A stretch of 64,000 nt of DNA, taken from Macrostomum lignano (Eukaryota). The stretch is from the NCBI GenBank assembly GCA_002269645.1, contig NIVC01003185.1, forward strand, positions 1,271-65,270. The letters run 5' to 3'. Each line of letters begins with the position of its first letter. The stretch's first letter is position 1. Under the pieces are notes generated by a model. It was not told the DNA's origin. It made no database searches and was given only the letters and a program-made list of their open reading frames with translations. Made by a program: the position numbers and the translations under genes. Below, piece after piece: positions 55,401 through 64,000 of this stretch.

Positions 55401-57565
55401 CCGATAAAATTGGCAGAATCCCAGTTCCTGTTGATAAAATTAGGAAAATATCAGCCGATAAAATTGGGAGAATCCCAGCTGATAAAATTGGGGAATCCCA
55501 GCCGATAAAATTGGCAGAATCCCAGTTCCAGCTGATAAAATTAGGAAAATATCAGCCGATAAAATTGGGAGAATCCCAGTTCCAGCTGATAAAATTGGGG
55601 AAGCCCAGCCGATAAAATTGGGAGAATCCCAGTTCCAGCTGATAAAATTAGGGGAATTCCAGCTGATAAAATTGGGAGAATCCCAAGTGATAAAATTAGG
55701 AGATTACCAGGTGATAATATTGGGAGATTATCAATATATTGCTACAACAGACTCAAATAGTGCCATAAAAATGCTCAGTACCCAACGGTTACCTGCATAT
55801 CTGAAGTGCTGGACAGTCGCCGCTGCGGCTGCTGATCACCTTCCAGCCGCTTTTGCAGATTCTTCTTTTCAGCCTCCAGTTTTTCCATTTGCTTCCACAG
55901 GCGATTGACCAAGGACTCCTGATTACATTACATACAACATGCAGTAAATGGATTAGAAAGACATCTACTCAAAAGATGTCACTTAGAAAGTTAAAGACAA
56001 CACTCGTATTACACTACACCATCTTCAAAGTATGGAGTATCAACAATGATATTAGATTTCATATTTAGGCTCACTAAATATTTTGACAAATTGTCAATGA
56101 ATTTGTCACTGACAGTGAAATCGTCAGGCAGTCAAATTGTCACAAATGGTCAAATTGTCACAAATTGTCACTGATTGTCAAATTGTCACTGATTGTCACA
56201 AATTGTCACTGATTGTCACAAATTGTCACTGATTGTCACAAATTGTCAAATTGTCACTGATTGTCACAAATTGTCAAATTGACACTGACTGACAGTAAAA
56301 TTGTCACAAATTGTCAAATTGTCATTGATTGACAGTAAAATTGTCACAAATTGTCAAATTGTCACTGATTGACAGTCAAATTGTCACTGATTGACAGTCA
56401 AATTGTCACTGATTGACAGTCAAATTGTCACTGATTGACAGTCAAATTGTCACTGATTGACAGTCAAATTGTCACTGATTGACAGTCAAATTGTCACTGA
56501 TTGACAGTCAAATTGTCACTGATTGACAGTCAAATTGTCACTGATTGACAGTCAAATTGTCACTGATTGACAGTCAAATTGTCACTGATTGACAGTCAAA
56601 TTGTCACTGATTGACAGTCAAATTGTCACTGATTGACAGTCAAATTGTCACTGATTGACAGTCAAATTGTCACTATAGACAGTGAAATTTTAACAGTGAA
56701 ATATTATTGCTTATTGAATCTTGATCGTCACAAATTAACAATTGTTCAACTCTACCTAATTAAAAATCCTGCATTTAAGATTAGGTATTTTATGAAAGCA
56801 AAAGAAACTTTATTTACCTGCTCCTGTTCGAGAGAATTCTCCAAAGCCACCTTCTCCTGGCGCAACTGGTCCAAAGCCGATTGCTTGGCGGTGACCTCGT
56901 TTTCAAGGCGGTCGATACGTTTCAATAATTTATTAACTTGAGCCTCCTGTTCGCGTTCTAGCTGCGCCTCTAGGTCAACTTTCTCCTGCTGTAGAGTGCG
57001 CAAGCGTTTAGTTAAATCGTTTGTAAGATGCTCCTCTTCTTGTTCGTAGCTTTGCGCTAATCGCTCTTTCTCCTGCTGCAGACTCTGTATCTTCTTTAGC
57101 ATTGTATTGGTGATGTACTCCTCTTCTTGCTCTGCCTGAGCCTGTATGTTAACGCTGGTCCGGCGCAGACTTTGATTCTCCTGCTGAAGCGACTTGATGC
57201 TCAGCTTCAGAGTCTCCGCTTCCATGCGAAGAACTCGCTTCTCCTAAAGTTATTTTCAATTAATAAATAAGGACTTGAAATTCACAAACTCAAAACTTCA
57301 GGATTCAATAAAACTTAAAATGCACAAAGACAATAATTCACAATCATAACACTTCACAGAGTCAAAATTTCACAATCATTAAACTGCACAAAAACAAGAA
57401 CTCACTATTCAATTGAAAAAAGATTAGTATATTAGACAATACCTGCAAAAGAGAGTCCATTCGACACTTCAACGATTCAAAACTGAGACCAGCTGATGCT
57501 GAGCTGCTTCCATCAATAGATGAGGCATCAGATTCTGAGGCACTGTCACAATGCATAGAAGCCAT
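52433..57565 (-). CDS. CCDC6: Coiled-coil domain-containing protein 6 (about 347 aa); exons 57443-57565, 56818-57243, 55793-55918, 52433-52801
   Basis: [53 protein letters not shown] and [18 protein letters not shown] match CCDC6/DUF2046. All junctions are phase 0. The terminal exon and start are less certain. Confidence 0.88.
52905..55732. repeat. Minisatellite, 24-bp unit TAGGTGATAAAATTGGGAGAATCC with higher-order structure (CCDC6 intron 3)
   Basis: About 118 units. The rare variant AATATCAGC recurs at 53244, 54016 and 55005. Confidence 0.95.
56090..56680. repeat. Minisatellite, 22-bp unit CAAATTGTCACTGATTGACAGT (CCDC6 intron 2)
   Basis: Period 22 measured (56401 and 56423). The left part is degenerate. 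Confidence 0.95.
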
Positions 57566-59283
57566 AGTACCTGTGTGATTGCTAATTTATATGCATAAAG
57601 AAATTGTTAAAAATAGACTATTTCATGCTTTGTTTGCAATGCACTGTCTACTTTACACTTTTATTATAGTTTATTTACTAAACTCAAAAGCTTAAATTAT
57701 AAGTAAAAAACATGAATAAATAATTTATCATTACTAATTATAAAATTTGACTTTTTAAAAAGCTCTTCAATAGTGGTTGTTTTAACCTAGTCTAGGAAAT
57801 TATTATGAAAAAATGAGTCATAAATCTATTAAATTGACCATGCAAACATACACAACCAACTAGCAGCTGACTTGGCTGATGCAGTTAGAGTTTGGCCCAA
57901 GGACAAAGGCTCAAAATCCATGGACCCCCTGTGGAATTCTGCGGAATTTTTTCTCTCATTGGCTGAGGCTAACCCCCCCCCCCAGAACCAATGGTAGGAA
58001 GGTTTGAGTGGAGAATTCCTTGCTGCCCCAGTCATATAAGAAATAGTGTAAGACTTAGAGCTTAGTATTGTGTATTTCTATATTTCAGTATATTTTTAGC
58101 AAGCAGAAGCAGTTACACTATTATTAGTTAGTTTAATTACAGTAATTCGATTTATACTACACGAGGCCAACTCCTCCGCTAGAGGAGAAAGGGGATAGAA
58201 CTCCCATCAGCTGAATCCTATGACCCAAATCCCATCTTCCAAATTCTCTCTAAATCCTTTATAAACCTTCATAAACCAGATTGTTTTCCCTGTTTGCAAA
58301 AATTTACTGCCTGCCATCATCCAGACTGAGACTCTCATCTGTCTCCTTTTCAACATTAAAATAGCCTATTTGTTGCATAAGAAAATTCTGCATTGATATT
58401 ATATAAGTCCCGTATTTGAGTTGGCACCCATCTAGGAGGAGATCGTGTCAAACCTGGCCAGTCCACCCACTCAGCTTTAGATATAAGATAATCATGAGCA
58501 CCAAAGAAGATCGTATTCGAACAACCAAGGCACAAAAAGTATATTGGTGGCTTCTTGTAATCTTTGATATCAATGGCCTTACTGATGGCATCATGGAAAG
58601 GTGCGCCACCTGTTGTCAGTGATCAACTTAACATTGAGGATGACAGAAGCCAGCAGTTAGTACAGGTACTTTGTGTGTCTGTTTTTCTATCAGCTTGTTT
58701 GCAGTGCAATGTAGGGATCAGTAAATATGTGAACTTTTTTTGTTTTTAACTGCCGATTACCTAAATTGCATTTTGCTAATCTGAAAATTTAGAAAACCAA
58801 AACATTCAGTTTTTCTAGAGGTTTCTATAACTACTAGATCAAAGCAGCAGCAACAAGGTCTTTGAGTGCTGGCAAGAAAGCAGTGAAGCGACTGCAGCAA
58901 TCGAGTGCCCAATCAACAGCTGGTGAAAATCATGGCTAGACATGCTAAATCGTCTGAATCTGCAACAGTTGTCAGAATTATCAAGCCTGGCTCTCAGCAA
59001 TCACAAGCAGCATGTCAGACGCCAGCAGCAGCAATGAGCGACCCATGCGTCAGGGAGATTGTGAATACAACCTATCTTGATCGAGTGCTAGAGTGTCCAA
59101 TAAATTATCACCTCAAATGTCTAACAAAAATGACACCTGCATCATGAACAATCTGATTGCCAAATGCAGAGCATTGAAGGGATTCAACAAATGCTTAGAG
59201 AAATGAACTTTACATTATGCAGCCGTCATCAGTTGCATCCGCTCAGTGTGCTGCGGCTGATTTGCCAACATGAAAACCACAAA

Positions 59284-59940
59284 ATAGGAGCAGCCTCAGA
59301 CAGCAAAAGTGGCCTTCTGAAAGTCTAGGGCCAGGGCTGCAACCCGATTGCAATTAAGATCTGCAAACTGCTCGACAAAATCAGCCTTGCTGGATGGAAG
59401 ATTGTGCTCTGCTAGACTCCAGCCCACTGCAGGCTGGAAGGCAACGAGGCTGCAGACAGAGTAGCTGGGGAAGCAACAGTGCTGCCCTAGGAAGAGGCGG
59501 GTATACTGGCAGGCCAGCATAGTCTGCAGACGGCTGGCAGCAGACACTAAGGCCAAGAGCAGCAACAGCAAACACTGGACCCATAGCAAGATGGTGGACA
59601 CGTACGGCAGCCACGGCACTGCAAGACACCCAGACTATAAGGATAGGGTAGAAGAGACCAGCTTCACGCATTTTTGTACTAGCCACTCACTGGAGCTGAG
59701 GGCCTACTGTCACAGGATCAGACGTTGCACTGATGCAACCTGCCTAGTATGCGGGATAGAAGACGAAACAATGGAGCATGTTACTTGCCACTGCCCAACC
59801 ACGGAACTCAGGAGAAGGATTGATGGGCTCACCAAGCTGCACCACCTCAATGAACACTGGGAGGTAGCTCTCAGGTACTCAGGTTTGGTACCGCACACAG
59901 TGGAAAATAACTGAACAGTAGCAGTGGATGTTCAAGCCTT

Positions 59941-59972
<32 letters not shown>

Positions 59973-60020
59973 GGCCAACAACAGCAACAACAGCCACAAC
60001 CACAATAGCAGCAGCAGCAC
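59284..60020 (+). mobile_element. Degenerate 3' fragment of an RNase H-bearing LINE with a (CAA/CAG)n tail
   Basis: SDSKSGL...LC*TPAHCRLEGNEAAD (RNase H), then CLVCGIEDETMEHVTCHC (knuckle), then a CAA-rich tail. Confidence 0.8.
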
Positions 60021-60049
60021 AACCACGCAGACTAGCTGGAGGAGAGCAG

Positions 60050-60725
60050 TTGTGTGCATGGATAGTAAGAGTGGCCTCCAAGTGGTTAGCAAGAGAGGAA
60101 AAAACCCGTTGGCTAATCGGATCAGAGAAGAGCTCAGCAAGCTGGAATAGGAAGAGAAGCGGGTGACCCTGCTTTGGATCCCTAGCCATTGTGGAATCGG
60201 CGGAAATGAAGAAGTGGACAAGGTGGCGGGCAAAGTGGTCAGAGAGATGTGGCATAACAATGCAAAAGTGTTAGCAAGCACGGTTGCAAAAAAAGCTAAG
60301 CCAGGCACTGCGGAAAGCAGAGAAGTGAGTGGAGGCATGAAAGAATGAAGAGGGTATATAAGAGCACATGCAGAGTTAAGAGAAATTCATGGTTTAGCTA
60401 CAAAGAAAAAGAGGTGAGCTTCAGAAGAATGTGCATGGGACACTTGACAGAGCTAGCAGCCTACAAGAAGAGATTGGACTACTAAAGGACTAGTGCCAGT
60501 ACTGCAATATGGAGGAGACAATGCAGCACATCTGGGACTGCCTGGAAATGGATGACAAGAGGTTGTGGTGCTATAATGGTCTGCAAGCAGTCTGTGAGCA
60601 ACCAGAGGAAGCCTTAAAGTATTGGGAATGGTAGAAAAGCCTCCTGCCATGTGGTACCCATAAAAAGATCCTAGCTGTGGAGGCCTAGTAGTTGGCATCA
60701 ACAACAACAACAACAACAGCAGCAG
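60050..60725 (+). mobile_element. Second degenerate RNase H-bearing LINE 3' fragment with a (CAA)n tail
   Basis: VTLLWIPSHCGIGGNEEVD, CQYCNMEETMQHIWDC and (CAA)n at about 60697-60718. Confidence 0.8.
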
Positions 60726-63700
60726 ATTCATAGCCAAGTTATAGAGCTGAGGTCAAGATCAGCAAGGACATAATACATCTGAGAAGAAATGCGCACATAT
60801 AAGTTTATTGTATTATGAGTTTGTTTAGAGGGGTAGTTTTGACTAAATCAGTTTTTGTTTGACCACTTTATGTTGTCTTTTAATTTTTAAAATGTACAAA
60901 CAAAGGAATATATTTCACAAACTAATATCTGACAAATCTAACCACTTTCTTTTCACAGTTAGACTCTGTCAGTATTTCCTATAGCCCAGACACATAGTGG
61001 CAGACTTTTGATACCTGCCTGCTTGCCGCAGCTGCAGCTCCATTGCTGACAGAAAAGAAACTGGCCCGGATGATTCACAGTGATTTGAGTCAAGCTTTAT
61101 TACATTTCATTCTTATGAAATGATGAGTATCAGTGAAAAAAGTCACAATCTACCCTTTATTTTGCTTAGCCTCTGACTCCATGCTTATAATACAGGTAGG
61201 GTGATTAAGTGACAAGTTGCTGACCTATCACAGATGTCCACAGACTATTGAGGAGCTAATTCAGCAGCATGAATTCCTATTTGTATACTTTTGAACTGAA
61301 TTAGGAAATTTCTGCAGAAGCATCTGCCTATCCCTTACTTCAATATCATTATTAATATCTCAAAAAATATACAAACTATGCGAATTAAAGATTGAGTTGA
61401 AACTTTTTGAAAGTCCTAGCTTGAAATTTGATTTTGTGTCTGTGGCAAAAACTATTTGGATGAAGCACCAATTTCACTATGTCTAGGCCAGTGACTGATA
61501 TGGAAAAGCATTTAAGTAATGGCTCAGTAAAATTATTATAGTCTTTTTTATACTCTATTACTCATGCATTACTGTCCTGTTCTTAAATATTTTGAGGGGG
61601 TTATATCATATTACTATATGCCTCCTGAAGACGGGGCCTTTATATTGCTAATAAATTGCTCAAAAGGAGAAGCTAGCGATTGTGATTTCTGACATCAATA
61701 ACGATGCCAAACATGATCGAAAAATGACAAGTTCATGAAGCACTATTTGCTTATTGACTTTTATGAAACAGTGAACCTAGAGCTGATGGTTGAAGTACAT
61801 TAATGCATGGTATTTTGCAAAGCTGCTCTCGCAACTCTAAGTTCCTAGATTCACAAGTTACAAAATGATAGCTGAATAATAGAGAATAAATTAGTATAAA
61901 CACTGAAAAAGATTAAAGTTTTTATTATTTTATATTATGAGTAATAGTTTCAAATCTATTATTATATTAGTATTTATGATGATAGATTAAATATAATAAT
62001 AAATAATATAACAATAGCTATTAGTTGCTCATTAATTGTAGAGAATAGATAGGCCCTAATAAACATAATATTATAATGGCTATCTTTGTCTTATACCAGT
62101 CTAAAAACTAGGGAATACAAAACCCTGAGTTTTGCCAATACCAAGATTTTTTGGGATTGAGATATCCTAGACTTTAAACATCCTAGGATTCTTCCTTAGG
62201 ATCAGGATATCCTAGACTTTGCCAATCCTGGGATCCTAACGAATTAGGCTAGAATTCTGGGATAAAAATTTTTCTAAATCTAACTTTTGATGGTACAATT
62301 TTGGTTTATACAGCTTTTAACCTAAGTTTAAAAGGGCTTTCAATGATAAAAGTATAATAGAATAAAAGATTTTGCTAACAAGAAATTGACATAAGTTTTG
62401 AATTGGAGTGTGAAATATAGGCTAGCACTGGTAAGTATAATAGATAGGCCTAAGCTTTTTTACATGCTAGTATTACCTTAGGAAAATCATACTTGATTAT
62501 AATACACCCTATAACCTAGGGAATAATAGCTTATTATAGAACTATAGTATAGGCCTAGCTTGAGGTACTAATACTAGCCAAGGTAAAAGCAAATCAGACC
62601 TCACCCTCTTAGGGGCACCTGCCCTAGATGGATAATTGGTAGCTTGGTTTATGGTCTAATAGTAGGCCTATAGCAAGGTCCTACTGTTTTAATCCCAACT
62701 ACAACCATAGAGTTTTGAAGAGAGTAGAGAGACTGCTTTAAAAGTAGTTCTACAAATATGCCTTAAATACCCTTATAACTTGCTAATAGCCTTTGTTATG
62801 TATCCCTAATCCCTGCAGCCCTATAATAACCTACTATTCACTAGGCCTAGCCTAGCCTGCATGCTTAAAAGTTAAAAGATTAAGAAATCAAAACAAGACA
62901 AATAGCATGAAATAGGTTATGATTTTTGCCAAACAAAGTTAAAGTATCTTAGCTGCAAATACTAACTGCTTAAGAATGAATTATAGTTTAGTTGCAAAAA
63001 AATTAGTTACCAGTTCAAATTGGAACTGCTAATTATTATTTTATGCCTAGGCCAAGCCTAGTCAGTAAAAAACATTTTACTTCTTTAACTGGACTTCAAA
63101 CATTTATAGTTGCAAGGGACAGGAGGCAGAAGGCTAGTTTTAGAATAGAAGCATACAAAGTTTATTAAAAATCTTTTTGTTTTATACCAACATATGCACT
63201 GCTTAGGCCTATACTCACGTAAACTACGTGTGGCGCTATATCTAATACACGTAGTTTCCCCCGTAAACACAATTGCATGTGCATGTATAGCTTCCTTCTT
63301 TATTACGGAGTGTGGAGTGATGACACGGGTGTGTTTAGTGCTTTTTAAGCAATGCCTTTTTGATCGTTATAATTCTTGATACAGCTTTTCAAATTTATAA
63401 AAATTGCTTTAATTTAGTTCAGCAAATTTATATGCATAATTACTGAAAATTTTGTTGTACCATGGTATTTTTTACGCACAATTTTGCTTTTGCCACAGTA
63501 TCTAAAAATTCTTCGAATCTAAGAACGTTTTTTTAGAAATTTTAGCTGGTTCTACTATTAATGTGCCTAGTATTTTTGTCCTGATCAGCTTCTTTGTTCT
63601 TCAGTAATTTTAGTAGGTGGAATGAATAATTTTCTAATAAATGTTGTTCTTAGATGTCTTTATTTATCACTAATGAACTCAAAGTCTGGCATGCAGTAAA

Positions 63701-64000
63701 ACATCTTAAAGTGGTCGAAAACTGACGAAAAGTGGGGTCAAAAGTGTCTCTTCGTTTTTTATTTTTGAAACGCTTGATTAACGAAATAAAGTACATTGAG
63801 CAAAGCATGTGAAAATGTTTGGTATATATTAAATAATAGTAAGCCTTAAAAAATAAGTATATTATAGATACCGCTACTTGCAATATAGTCAATAGGTGCA
63901 TGCATTGGCATTGGCATTGCTTGTTATGTGGATGATGTTGAAGTTTTTTATTTTGTCTATTCAATCTACTTTCGTTTTAGTCGCCATCATATCTTTTCAT

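Noticed and set aside
40531-55732. Long repetitive ORFs in the track (SSIAIVTLI, ATEGAP/SVAGAP, MALLLKSHL, MERGIRF, SPRILPI)
   Set aside because: They lie in introns of reconstructed genes, are open in several frames and on both strands, and are by-products of minisatellite units lacking stops.
58860-59200. ORF 58905-59147 as part of the adjacent LINE relic
   Set aside because: No diagnostic RT or RNase H motif could be read in any frame I checked.

Overview
Animal (invertebrate) genomic DNA with GC-rich exons, AT-rich spacers and many minisatellites. The style resembles macrostomid flatworm assemblies, but that is an unverified inference. Five spliced genes were reconstructed with in-frame GT-AG junctions: mitochondrial acyl carrier protein NDUFAB1 (-), IFT172 (+, 11 exons, 1751 aa), gamma-secretase subunit APH-1 (-), spliceosomal cyclophilin CWC27 (-) and CCDC6 (-). 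The dominant anomaly is a 10,200-bp head-to-tail duplication (19995-30194 = 30195-40394) with no mismatches seen by eye. It leaves one intact IFT172 and one intact APH-1, plus a 5'-truncated IFT172 and an orphan APH-1 3' end. Its junction creates an in-phase TTTCAG splice acceptor. It may be a very recent duplication or an assembly/construction artefact. Mobile DNA includes the 3' end of an LTR retrotransposon with a ~105-bp LTR, a LOA/R1-like LINE with an 8-bp TSD, a mariner relic, several MITE/foldback elements, two SINE families, an RTE fragment and two RNase H LINE relics. Ten of the 23 introns each carry their own distinct minisatellite. I found no convincing evidence for a wholly new multi-gene system.
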